From Eledone cirrhosa (Eukaryota): a stretch of 64,000 bases of DNA. A program made the position numbers and the translations under genes. Below the pieces are notes generated by a model that worked only from the letters and a program-made list of their open reading frames with translations, was not told where the DNA came from and did not search any database. How positions within the stretch are numbered: position 1 is the first letter of the stretch; every line of letters begins with the position of its first letter. Below, one piece after another: positions 42,889 to 55,634 of the stretch. Location of the stretch: the NCBI GenBank assembly GCA_964016885.1, contig OZ024745.1:19716001-19780000 (forward strand), given 5' to 3'.

Positions 42889-44243
42889 TTAGGTAAGGCG
42901 GGTCTTCTCTATTACTGAGTACCGCCAAAGGTCTCGGTCCAGTGACATTGTCTTGGAGAGGTGTAAGTGTGTGAGGTCGGAATTTATCAGGTCGTCCCAG
43001 GTTTTTCTGGGTCTGCCTACTCCGTGGCTACCGTCTATCTTTATTGCCCTGCACTTTGCTATACAGCTGTCGTCTTTCATGCGCATCACGTGACCATACC
43101 AACGTAGCCTTCTCTCGAGTAAACAACATCTGATCCCTCTTATTTCTAATTTTTTCCTTAGTTCGTTTATGCTTTGCCATTCGCGTATATTACTATTACA
43201 CATCCAGCGGAGCATGCAAGCTTCGTTCCTCTCTAGTCTGTGTATATCCTCTGCACACAATGCCCAGGTCTCACTGCCATGCAACATTGCTGTTCGTATG
43301 CAGGCATCATACAACCTGCCTTTCATATTTAGGGAGAACCCTTTAGCGGCTAATAGTGGTATAAGCACTCTGAACTTTTTCCATCCAGTTCTGACTCTAG
43401 CTACTGTACTTTCAGAGCACCCTCCCCCACTGCTGATTTTGTCACCCAGGTAACGGAAGCTGTCCACTATTTCTATAGAACCCTCTGCGCAATTGAAAGA
43501 GCTAGTATTTTGTGGGCACTTGCTGCTACTTATTGCACCAGAGCACCGGCCACATGTAAAATCTGTGTTCTTAGTTAGCTTACCTGTGATCCCACTACAT
43601 CTTTTATGCACCCATACTTTGCATTTGGGACATAAAATGGAGTTTCTACCTACGCCTTTCCTACACACTGAGCATGGCCATTTCCCGGAAGGGACCGGCG
43701 CCTTATTTTCTTTCCTACAAACTAGAACTTTAGTCTTAGCCAGGTTAATTTTAAGGCCTTTTGATTCTAGGCCGTGCTTTCATGTTTGGAATTTCTTCTC
43801 TAGCTCGGCCATTGATTCAGCTATGAGCGTTAGATCATCTGCGTATAGGAGTTCCCATGGGCAGCCGGTCTTTAACTCCTCTGTTATAGCCTGAAGGGCA
43901 ATAATAAATAGTAAGGGGCTAAGAACAGAGCCCTGATGGACACCAACTTTTACGCTAAACTCTTCACTATATTCGTTGTTAATTCTAACCTTGCTCACTG
44001 TTTCTTTATACATGGCTTGTATAGCTCTCACAAGCCATTCGTCAACACCTAGTTTTCTAAGAGCCCACCAGATAATGGAACGGGGGACTCTGTCGAAGGC
44101 TTTCTCCAAGTCGACAAAGGCTAAGTATAGGGGTTTACTTTTAGCTAGGTACTTCTCCTGTAGTTTTCGTACAATGAAAAGAGCGTCTGTGGTACTTTTG
44201 CCTGACACAAACCCGAACTGCATTTCATCTAGATCGATTCTCT

Positions 44244-44249
<6 letters not shown>
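42889..44249 (-). mobile_element. 5'-truncated RTE LINE, same family as 715-2657
   Basis: Near-identical sequence; premature stop at 43780; 5' edge at (TA)n. Confidence 0.95.
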
Positions 44250-44284
<35 letters not shown>

Positions 44285-44286
<2 letters not shown>

Positions 44287-44684
44287 CACGATAAATTAAT
44301 GGAGCCATAGACTCTCGTTATTCCCTGTCAATAATGTACTCAAAGGAGAAGGAATCCTGAGCTCTTTAAAATACAATATGTTGAAAAGGTAACACACTAG
44401 AGAGAGATAGTGCACCATCAATAAAACAGGGAAAAACCACCAGTGTATGGAATCTATAACCTATTAAAGGAAGGGTAGACACACGGTAATTAAAAATATA
44501 AATTAAAGTGTATATACAAACCTCTATAACTATATAACACACGCGTACAAATCCAAAGAGATCTGTTTCGCCAATAATTTGTTGACAGAAATAAATAGCC
44601 CATGGTTCATCAGCGTGTGTAAGGCTATACATTTTTCCCTGTTTTATTGATGGTGCACTATTTCTCTCTAATGTGCTACCTTTT

Positions 44685-44692
<8 letters not shown>
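44285..44692 (-). mobile_element. HHR-bearing island between (TA)n tracts with a 61-bp inverted duplication
   Basis: 44376-44436 is the reverse complement of 44632-44692 (3 mismatches). Confidence 0.7.
44539..44620 (-). ncRNA. Type-I hammerhead ribozyme
   Basis: Minus strand reads acacacg-CTGATGA-a-cca...tgg-c-GAAAC-agatct(cttt)ggattt-GTA-cgcgtgt; one stem I mismatch. Confidence 0.72.
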
Positions 44693-44720
<28 letters not shown>

Positions 44721-44725
<5 letters not shown>

Positions 44726-47700
44726 AGTATGCATGTATACGTACATACATATATGTATACAGACGTACAGTAGCATGCACATATATATATATATATATAC
44801 ATATATATATACATATGCATACAGGTACACATACATATATGCACGTATCAGTTTAGCGGCGCTAACGTCGCTTTGTTCGTTTGTAAACAAACTGAACAGC
44901 CTGAATTTATGCCATACGGTGTTAAGGCAACCACGTCACCTTTTTGTTCAACACTGACACAGGAACGATGTACTAGTTTCAAGCTTGTTAGCTATCATCA
45001 GCACCATTTACCCATCTGCCAGATAGTTGAACGTTCGAAAGTATATACTTTCCTTATGAAAATTAACGGCTGAGCAGCCTAATTTGCATATTGAGTGAGT
45101 TAAATCGGTCAGGCATACCGAAAACGATAAATTGAAACAAAATGAAAACGAAATTTCATTTCTCACTCTTAGTATGGCACTTACTTAAATGTAAGTATGC
45201 ATGTATACGTACATACATATATGTATACAGACGTACAGTAGCATGCACATATATATATATATATATACATATATATATACATATGCATACAGGTACACAT
45301 ACATATATGCACGTATCAGTTTAGCGGCGCTAACGTCGCTTTGTTCGTTTGTAAACAAACTGAACAGCCTGAATTTATGCCATACGGTGTTAAGGCAACC
45401 ACGTCACCTTTTTGTTCAACACTGACACAGGAACGATGTACTAGTTTCAAGCTTGTTAGCTATCATCAGCACCATTTACCCATCTGCCAGATAGTTGAAC
45501 GTTCGAAAGTATATACTTTCCTTATGAAAATTAACGGCTGAGCAGCCTAATTTGCATATTGAGTGAGTTAAATCGGTCAGGCATACCGAAAACGATAAAT
45601 TGAAACAAAATGAAAACGAAATTTCATTTCTCACTCTTAGTATGGCACTTACTTAAATGTAAGTATGCATGTATACGTACATACATATATGTATACAGAC
45701 GTACAGTAGCATGCACATATATATATATATATATACATATATATATACATATGCATACAGGTACACATACATATATGCACGTATCAGTTTAGCGGCGCTA
45801 ACGTCGCTTTGTTCGTTTGTAAACAAACTGAACAGCCTGAATTTATGCCATACGGTGTTAAGGCAACCACGTCACCTTTTTGTTCAACACTGACACAGGA
45901 ACGATGTACTAGTTTCAAGCTTGTTAGCTATCATCAGCACCATTTACCCATCTGCCAGATAGTTGAACGTTCGAAAGTATATACTTTCCTTATGAAAATT
46001 AACGGCTGAGCAGCCTAATTTGCATATTGAGTGAGTTAAATCGGTCAGGCATACCGAAAACGATAAATTGAAACAAAATGAAAACGAAATTTCATTTCTC
46101 ACTCTTAGTATGGCACTTACTTAAATGTAAGTATGCATGTATACGTACATACATATATGTATACAGACGTACAGTAGCATGCACATATATATATATATAT
46201 ATACATATATATATACATATGCATACAGGTACACATACATATATGCACGTATCAGTTTAGCGGCGCTAACGTCGCTTTGTTCGTTTGTAAACAAACTGAA
46301 CAGCCTGAATTTATGCCATACGGTGTTAAGGCAACCACGTCACCTTTTTGTTCAACACTGACACAGGAACGATGTACTAGTTTCAAGCTTGTTAGCTATC
46401 ATCAGCACCATTTACCCATCTGCCAGATAGTTGAACGTTCGAAAGTATATACTTTCCTTATGAAAATTAACGGCTGAGCAGCCTAATTTGCATATTGAGT
46501 GAGTTAAATCGGTCAGGCATACCGAAAACGATAAATTGAAACAAAATGAAAACGAAATTTCATTTCTCACTCTTAGTATGGCACTTACTTAAATGTAAGT
46601 ATGCATGTATACGTACATACATATATGTATACAGACGTACAGTAGCATGCACATATATATATATATATATATACATATATATATACATATGCATACAGGT
46701 ACACATACATATATGCACGTATCAGTTTAGCGGCGCTAACGTCGCTTTGTTCGTTTGTAAACAAACTGAACAGCCTGAATTTATGCCATACGGTGTTAAG
46801 GCAACCACGTCACCTTTTTGTTCAACACTGACACAGGAACGATGTACTAGTTTCAAGCTTGTTAGCTATCATCAGCACCATTTACCCATCTGCCAGATAG
46901 TTGAACGTTCGAAAGTATATACTTTCCTTATGAAAATTAACGGCTGAGCAGCCTAATTTGCATATTGAGTGAGTTAAATCGGTCAGGCATACCGAAAACG
47001 ATAAATTGAAACAAAATGAAAACGAAATTTCATTTCTCACTCTTAGTATGGCACTTACTTAAATGTAAGTATGCATGTATACGTACATACATATATGTAT
47101 ACAGACGTACAGTAGCATGCACATATATATATATATATATACATATATATATACATATGCATACAGGTACACATACATATATGCACGTATCAGTTTAGCG
47201 GCGCTAACGTCGCTTTGTTCGTTTGTAAACAAACTGAACAGCCTGAATTTATGCCATACGGTGTTAAGGCAACCACGTCACCTTTTTGTTCAACACTGAC
47301 ACAGGAACGATGTACTAGTTTCAAGCTTGTTAGCTATCATCAGCACCATTTACCCATCTGCCAGATAGTTGAACGTTCGAAAGTATATACTTTCCTTATG
47401 AAAATTAACGGCTGAGCAGCCTAATTTGCATATTGAGTGAGTTAAATCGGTCAGGCATACCGAAAACGATAAATTGAAACAAAATGAAAACGAAATTTCA
47501 TTTCTCACTCTTAGTATGGCACTTACTTAAATGTAAGTATGCATGTATACGTACATACATATATGTATACAGACGTACAGTAGCATGCACATATATATAT
47601 ATATATATACATATATATATACATATGCATACAGGTACACATACATATATGCACGTATCAGTTTAGCGGCGCTAACGTCGCTTTGTTCGTTTGTAAACAA

Positions 47701-48061
47701 ACTGAACAGCCTGAATTTATGCCATACGGTGTTAAGGCAACCACGTCACCTTTTTGTTCAACACTGACACAGGAACGATGTACTAGTTTCAAGCTTGTTA
47801 GCTATCATCAGCACCATTTACCCATCTGCCAGATAGTTGAACGTTCGAAAGTATATACTTTCCTTATGAAAATTAACGGCTGAGCAGCCTAATTTGCATA
47901 TTGAGTGAGTTAAATCGGTCAGGCATACCGAAAACGATAAATTGAAACAAAATGAAAACGAAATTTCATTTCTCACTCTTAGTATGGCACTTACTTAAAT
48001 GTAAGTATGCATGTATACGTACATACATATATGTATACAGACGTACAGTAGCATGCACATA

Positions 48062-48093
<32 letters not shown>

Positions 48094-48350
48094 CATATGC
48101 ATACAGGTACACATACATATATGCACGTATCAGTTTAGCGGCGCTAACGTCGCTTTGTTCGTTTGTAAACAAACTGAACAGCCTGAATTTATGCCATACG
48201 GTGTTAAGGCAACCACGTCACCTTTTTGTTCAACACTGACACAGGAACGATGTACTAGTTTCAAGCTTGTTAGCTATCATCAGCACCATTTACCCATCTG
48301 CCAGATAGTTGAACGTTCGAAAGTATATACTTTCCTTATGAAAATTAACG
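44721..48350 (-). mobile_element. Retrozyme-like 468-bp tandem array, left arm (HHR sense on minus)
   Basis: About 7.7 near-identical units; 43-nt HHRs start at 44965, 45433, 45901, 46369, 46839, 47307, 47775 and 48247; units differ only in (AT)n length. Confidence 0.9.
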
Positions 48351-48572
48351 TGCATATATGTATGTGTACCTGTATGCATATGTATATATATATGTATATA
48401 TATATATATATATGTGCATGCTACTGTACGTCTGTATACATATATGTATGTACGTATACATGCATACTTACATTTAAGTAAGTGCCATACTAAGAGTGAG
48501 AAATGAAATTTCGTTTTCATTTTGTTTCAATTTATCGTTTTCGGTATGCCTGACCGATTTAACTCACTCAAT

Positions 48573-48580
48573 ATGCAAAT
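48573..48580 (+). promoter_or_regulatory. Octamer motif ATGCAAAT, one per complete 468-bp unit
   Basis: Exact match about 75 nt upstream of the HHR; function untested. Confidence 0.4.
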
Positions 48581-48654
48581 TAGGCTGCTCAGCCGTTAAT
48601 TTTCATAAGGAAAGTATATACTTTCGAACGTTCAACTATCTGGCAGATGGGTAA

Positions 48655-48697
48655 ATGGTGCTGATGATAGCTAACAAGCTTGAAACTAGTACATCGT
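48655..48697 (+). ncRNA. Minimal type-I hammerhead ribozyme (representative of 16 copies)
   Basis: atggtg-CTGATGA-t-agct(aaca)agct-t-GAAAC-ta-GTA-catcgt; 6-bp stem I with 2 G-U pairs; stem III is the palindrome ACTAGT; predicted cut after 48691. Confidence 0.88.
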
Positions 48698-51600
48698 TCC
48701 TGTGTCAGTGTTGAACAAAAAGGTGACGTGGTTGCCTTAACACCGTATGGCATAAATTCAGGCTGTTCAGTTTGTTTACAAACGAACAAAGCGACGTTAG
48801 CGCCGCTAAACTGATACGTGCATATATGTATGTGTACCTGTATGCATATGTATATATATATGTATATATATATATATATATGTGCATGCTACTGTACGTC
48901 TGTATACATATATGTATGTACGTATACATGCATACTTACATTTAAGTAAGTGCCATACTAAGAGTGAGAAATGAAATTTCGTTTTCATTTTGTTTCAATT
49001 TATCGTTTTCGGTATGCCTGACCGATTTAACTCACTCAATATGCAAATTAGGCTGCTCAGCCGTTAATTTTCATAAGGAAAGTATATACTTTCGAACGTT
49101 CAACTATCTGGCAGATGGGTAAATGGTGCTGATGATAGCTAACAAGCTTGAAACTAGTACATCGTTCCTGTGTCAGTGTTGAACAAAAAGGTGACGTGGT
49201 TGCCTTAACACCGTATGGCATAAATTCAGGCTGTTCAGTTTGTTTACAAACGAACAAAGCGACGTTAGCGCCGCTAAACTGATACGTGCATATATGTATG
49301 TGTACCTGTATGCATATGTATATATATATGTATATATATATATATATATGTGCATGCTACTGTACGTCTGTATACATATATGTATGTACGTATACATGCA
49401 TACTTACATTTAAGTAAGTGCCATACTAAGAGTGAGAAATGAAATTTCGTTTTCATTTTGTTTCAATTTATCGTTTTCGGTATGCCTGACCGATTTAACT
49501 CACTCAATATGCAAATTAGGCTGCTCAGCCGTTAATTTTCATAAGGAAAGTATATACTTTCGAACGTTCAACTATCTGGCAGATGGGTAAATGGTGCTGA
49601 TGATAGCTAACAAGCTTGAAACTAGTACATCGTTCCTGTGTCAGTGTTGAACAAAAAGGTGACGTGGTTGCCTTAACACCGTATGGCATAAATTCAGGCT
49701 GTTCAGTTTGTTTACAAACGAACAAAGCGACGTTAGCGCCGCTAAACTGATACGTGCATATATGTATGTGTACCTGTATGCATATGTATATATATATGTA
49801 TATATATATATATATATGTGCATGCTACTGTACGTCTGTATACATATATGTATGTACGTATACATGCATACTTACATTTAAGTAAGTGCCATACTAAGAG
49901 TGAGAAATGAAATTTCGTTTTCATTTTGTTTCAATTTATCGTTTTCGGTATGCCTGACCGATTTAACTCACTCAATATGCAAATTAGGCTGCTCAGCCGT
50001 TAATTTTCATAAGGAAAGTATATACTTTCGAACGTTCAACTATCTGGCAGATGGGTAAATGGTGCTGATGATAGCTAACAAGCTTGAAACTAGTACATCG
50101 TTCCTGTGTCAGTGTTGAACAAAAAGGTGACGTGGTTGCCTTAACACCGTATGGCATAAATTCAGGCTGTTCAGTTTGTTTACAAACGAACAAAGCGACG
50201 TTAGCGCCGCTAAACTGATACGTGCATATATGTATGTGTACCTGTATGCATATGTATATATATATGTATATATATATATATATATGTGCATGCTACTGTA
50301 CGTCTGTATACATATATGTATGTACGTATACATGCATACTTACATTTAAGTAAGTGCCATACTAAGAGTGAGAAATGAAATTTCGTTTTCATTTTGTTTC
50401 AATTTATCGTTTTCGGTATGCCTGACCGATTTAACTCACTCAATATGCAAATTAGGCTGCTCAGCCGTTAATTTTCATAAGGAAAGTATATACTTTCGAA
50501 CGTTCAACTATCTGGCAGATGGGTAAATGGTGCTGATGATAGCTAACAAGCTTGAAACTAGTACATCGTTCCTGTGTCAGTGTTGAACAAAAAGGTGACG
50601 TGGTTGCCTTAACACCGTATGGCATAAATTCAGGCTGTTCAGTTTGTTTACAAACGAACAAAGCGACGTTAGCGCCGCTAAACTGATACGTGCATATATG
50701 TATGTGTACCTGTATGCATATGTATATATATATGTATATATATATATATATATGTGCATGCTACTGTACGTCTGTATACATATATGTATGTACGTATACA
50801 TGCATACTTACATTTAAGTAAGTGCCATACTAAGAGTGAGAAATGAAATTTCGTTTTCATTTTGTTTCAATTTATCGTTTTCGGTATGCCTGACCGATTT
50901 AACTCACTCAATATGCAAATTAGGCTGCTCAGCCGTTAATTTTCATAAGGAAAGTATATACTTTCGAACGTTCAACTATCTGGCAGATGGGTAAATGGTG
51001 CTGATGATAGCTAACAAGCTTGAAACTAGTACATCGTTCCTGTGTCAGTGTTGAACAAAAAGGTGACGTGGTTGCCTTAACACCGTATGGCATAAATTCA
51101 GGCTGTTCAGTTTGTTTACAAACGAACAAAGCGACGTTAGCGCCGCTAAACTGATACGTGCATATATGTATGTGTACCTGTATGCATATGTATATATATA
51201 TGTATATATATATATATATATGTGCATGCTACTGTACGTCTGTATACATATATGTATGTACGTATACATGCATACTTACATTTAAGTAAGTGCCATACTA
51301 AGAGTGAGAAATGAAATTTCGTTTTCATTTTGTTTCAATTTATCGTTTTCGGTATGCCTGACCGATTTAACTCACTCAATATGCAAATTAGGCTGCTCAG
51401 CCGTTAATTTTCATAAGGAAAGTATATACTTTCGAACGTTCAACTATCTGGCAGATGGGTAAATGGTGCTGATGATAGCTAACAAGCTTGAAACTAGTAC
51501 ATCGTTCCTGTGTCAGTGTTGAACAAAAAGGTGACGTGGTTGCCTTAACACCGTATGGCATAAATTCAGGCTGTTCAGTTTGTTTACAAACGAACAAAGC

Positions 51601-52297
51601 GACGTTAGCGCCGCTAAACTGATACGTGCATATATGTATGTGTACCTGTATGCATATGTATATATATATGTATATATATATATATATATGTGCATGCTAC
51701 TGTACGTCTGTATACATATATGTATGTACGTATACATGCATACTTACATTTAAGTAAGTGCCATACTAAGAGTGAGAAATGAAATTTCGTTTTCATTTTG
51801 TTTCAATTTATCGTTTTCGGTATGCCTGACCGATTTAACTCACTCAATATGCAAATTAGGCTGCTCAGCCGTTAATTTTCATAAGGAAAGTATATACTTT
51901 CGAACGTTCAACTATCTGGCAGATGGGTAAATGGTGCTGATGATAGCTAACAAGCTTGAAACTAGTACATCGTTCCTGTGTCAGTGTTGAACAAAAAGGT
52001 GACGTGGTTGCCTTAACACCGTATGGCATAAATTCAGGCTGTTCAGTTTGTTTACAAACGAACAAAGCGACGTTAGCGCCGCTAAACTGATACGTGCATA
52101 TATGTATGTGTACCTGTATGCATATGTATATATATATGTATATATATATATATATATATGTGCATGCTACTGTACGTCTGTATACATATATGTATGTACG
52201 TATACATGCATACTTACATTTAAGTAAGTGCCATACTAAGAGTGAGAAATGAAATTTCGTTTTCATTTTGTTTCAATTTATATATATATATATATAT

Positions 52298-54078
52298 ATA
52301 AAATATATAGATTTACATATACATAAACTAGACAGAGCCATAGATATATATATGTGTTTTTGGCAACCATTCACGGTGTGGCTCAATGACGAATTAATTA
52401 ATTAAATAATCAACAATCAGAGCAATATATAAGAAAGTAAGTCCATAGAATCATTTGATAAAATATATACAGTATTTCTTCTCCCAATCAGCATAATTAA
52501 CCACACAGAAAATCAATTAAACGAGGCTATAAGTTTAAAATGTACCTATGAAGAAACAATAGATAAATAAATGATACCTATTTTATCCGCGATCAACAGC
52601 CACAGAAGATTTACCCAGTATTTCTAATAGCCTGTAGAAATTGATTAGACATATAGCCAACTATACACAATTAGGTACAAAATCAGAGTTAGAAGAAAAA
52701 ATGTACATAAACATACCAAAATTGGACAAAGATTTTTCTAAATGATCCCCGCCAGAAACGAATTCAAAATGACTAAGAATTGTCACATGGCCAGTGGTCA
52801 AGTTAGAAAGCTTGTGATTGGTGCCTGACAGCGAGTAGGCTGGTTGCTAGAAAGTGCAGCCGAATACTGCCTAAATTGTTATTCAACCATACGGAAGTTT
52901 ATAAAATATATAGATTTACATATACATAAACTAGACAGAGCCATAGATATATATATGTGTTTTTGGCAACCATTCACGGTGTGGCTCAATGACGAATTAA
53001 TTAATTAAATAATCAACAATCAGAGCAATATATAAGAAAGTAAGTCCATAGAATCATTTGATAAAATATATACAGTATTTCTTCTCCCAATCAGCATAAT
53101 TAACCACACAGAAAATCAATTAAACGAGGCTATAAGTTTAAAATGTACCTATGAAGAAACAATAGATAAATAAATGATACCTATTTTATCCGCGATCAAC
53201 AGCCACAGAAGATTTACCCAGTATTTCTAATAGCCTGTAGAAATTGATTAGACATATAGCCAACTATACACAATTAGGTACAAAATCAGAGTTAGAAGAA
53301 AAAATGTACATAAACATACCAAAATTGGACAAAGATTTTTCTAAATGATCCCCGCCAGAAACGAATTCAAAATGACTAAGAATTGTCACATGGCCAGTGG
53401 TCAAGTTAGAAAGCTTGTGATTGGTGCCTGACAGCGAGTAGGCTGGTTGCTAGAAAGTGCAGCCGAATACTGCCTAAATTGTTATTCAACCATACGGAAG
53501 TTTATAAAATATATAGATTTACATATACATAAACTAGACAGAGCCATAGATATATATACATGTTTTTGGCAACCATTCACGGTGTGGCTCAATGACGAAT
53601 TAATTAATTAAATAATCAACATTCAGAGCAATATATAAGAAAGTAAGTCCATAGAATCATTTGATAAAATATATACAGTATTTCTTCTCCCAATCAGCAT
53701 AATTAACCACACAGTTATCATTATCCATGATCGGATATTTCCAAAAAGTGAATGAAACCTCATGGGGTAGAAACATAATTTTGGTATGTTTATGTACATT
53801 TTTTCTTCTAACTCTGATTTTGTACCTAATTGTGTATGGTTGGCTATATGTCTAATCAATTTCTATGGGCTATTAGAAATACTAGGTAAATCTGTGGCTG
53901 TTGATCGCAAATAAAATAGCTATCATTTATTTATCTATTGTTTCTTCATAGGTACATTTTAAACTTATAGCCTCGTTTAATTGATTTTCTGTGTAGTTAA
54001 TTATGCTGATTGGGAGAAGAAATACTGTATATATTTTATCAAATGATTCTATGGACTTACTTTCTTATATATTGCTCT
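52298..54078. repeat. 603-bp tandem repeat, about 2.35 copies, followed by an inverted copy
   Basis: Period 603 (52310, 52913, 53516) up to about 53715; 53776-54078 is the reverse complement of about 52419-52723, with about 8 substitutions and a 3-nt deletion. Confidence 0.92.
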
Positions 54079-54083
54079 ATATA

Positions 54084-55531
54084 TAGTATGACCTACAGAC
54101 CCAGATGCTTTCAGCATCTCGGCAGCTATACCCGATGGACCGGTTGCCTTCCCCATCTTCATATCTTTGATTGCCTTACTTACTACGGTGCTGCTGACTT
54201 GTACTGCTGGCCCCACTATAGGGTCTACTTGGGGTAGGGTCTCTTCTTCCCATGCATTCTCCTCATTTAGTAATCTATCATAATGGCTCTTCCATGCATC
54301 TTTCTTCTCAGCATTTGTGAGAGCAAGCTCACCTTTATCATTCCGGATACACTTCTCTCCAATGACATCACAATTCTCTCTAACATAATGCCTCGCAATC
54401 TTGAACACCTCCTGTTTCTGGTCCTCACGTTGCAAAACATGCTTGAATTTTCTATCCTCTGCTTCCCTCCTAGCTAAGTATACTTGTCGCCTAGCTTCCC
54501 TCTTGGTCTCTATGTAATGTACCCTGCTCCCTCCGTTCTTCCATTCTTTCCATGCCTGTCTCTTGGCCTTAACTGCCTCATCTACCTTATTGTTCCACCA
54601 CCAAGTCACTCTCCTCCTTCTTGTGGTCTTACTCCAGCCACAGACCTCATCCGTCACCTCTAGTAAGTTATTTTTTAGGAACTCCCAGTGCTCTTCTACA
54701 TTGAATGTATCTATCTGTTCTTCTTTACTGTCGTAGGCGTTGAGTAAAATATCTTTAAATCTGTTACTGGCTGAGGGGTCTTTCAGCTTCCAGATCTTTC
54801 TTCTCCAGGTTGGCCTCTGTTTCCAGGTTCGTCTAGTTCTGACCGTGAGGTCGCTGACAACTTAGCTATGTTGGGAGGTACATTCCTCACTAGGGTAGGC
54901 TTTTGTGTTTACGACCGTTCATCTTTCACGTCCTCTGATGAGGATAAAATCTATCTGACTAGAATGCTCCCCTGATCTATAGGTGATCAGGTGGTTGTCG
55001 GGTTTTTTGAAGTTTGTGTTACATAACGGCATGTCATTGGCATCGCAGAATTCTGGAAGTCTGAATCCTTCTTCATTTCTTGTGCCAACCCCATGGCCTT
55101 CATGGACTCTATTGTCTTTACCTACGTGTCCATTAAAATCTCCTGTGATGATTAGGAAGTCATTGTCGTTTGTTAGAGCAGCAGTGTTCATTAGGGACTC
55201 GTAAAACCTATCCCTAAGTTCGTCTGGCAACCCCGATTGGGGTGCGTAAGCTGATATTATTGTGGTAATTGTTTTATTCAGTACTAGTCTGAGTTTGATG
55301 ATTCTTGCATTTACCCTGTACACTGAGATTACTTTATCTACCCACTTGTCAGCTAGTAGTATACCTACACCACCCATCCCATCGTCATTTCCCACCCATA
55401 AAAATTTGTAGCACTGACTTTTTCCTACAAGGACTCTAGCAGACTCTCCTCTCCATCTAGTCTCTTGCACACAGCATACATCAATTTCCTTTTGCTCTAG
55501 CATTTCTACGATTTCTCCTGCTCTTCCTTTC
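54084..55531 (-). mobile_element. RTE LINE 5' half (APE and linker), inverted
   Basis: CVQETRW, SAYAPQ, GDFNGHVG, QIDFIL; ends at EMLKASGSVGHT. Confidence 0.92.
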
Positions 55532-55634
55532 ATATATACATGCACACATACATACATACATATATATATATATATAAATATATATATATTATATATACAA
55601 GCACACATACATACATACATGTATATATATATAA

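Larger units (their letters stand above)
48348..52281 (+). mobile_element. Retrozyme-like 468-bp tandem array, right arm (HHR sense on plus)
   Basis: About 8.4 units; HHRs start at 48655, 49123, 49591, 50059, 50527, 50995, 51463 and 51931; ends in (TA)n. Confidence 0.9.

Noticed and set aside
44721-52281. Repeated 60-74 aa ORFs (MKTKFH.., MFVCKQ.., MYTYIH..) as a tandem gene family
   Set aside because: They are short, overlapping and partly microsatellite-encoded, they are frameshifted by (AT)n length changes, and they have no recognisable domain.
44721-52281. CRISPR array or snRNA/5S/tRNA gene cluster
   Set aside because: There are no unique spacers, the context is eukaryotic, and I see no Sm site, tRNA cloverleaf or 5S similarity.
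52298-53715. Hammerhead or coding region in the 603-bp unit
   Set aside because: No core with pairing stems found on either strand by eye; the frames I read are interrupted by stops.
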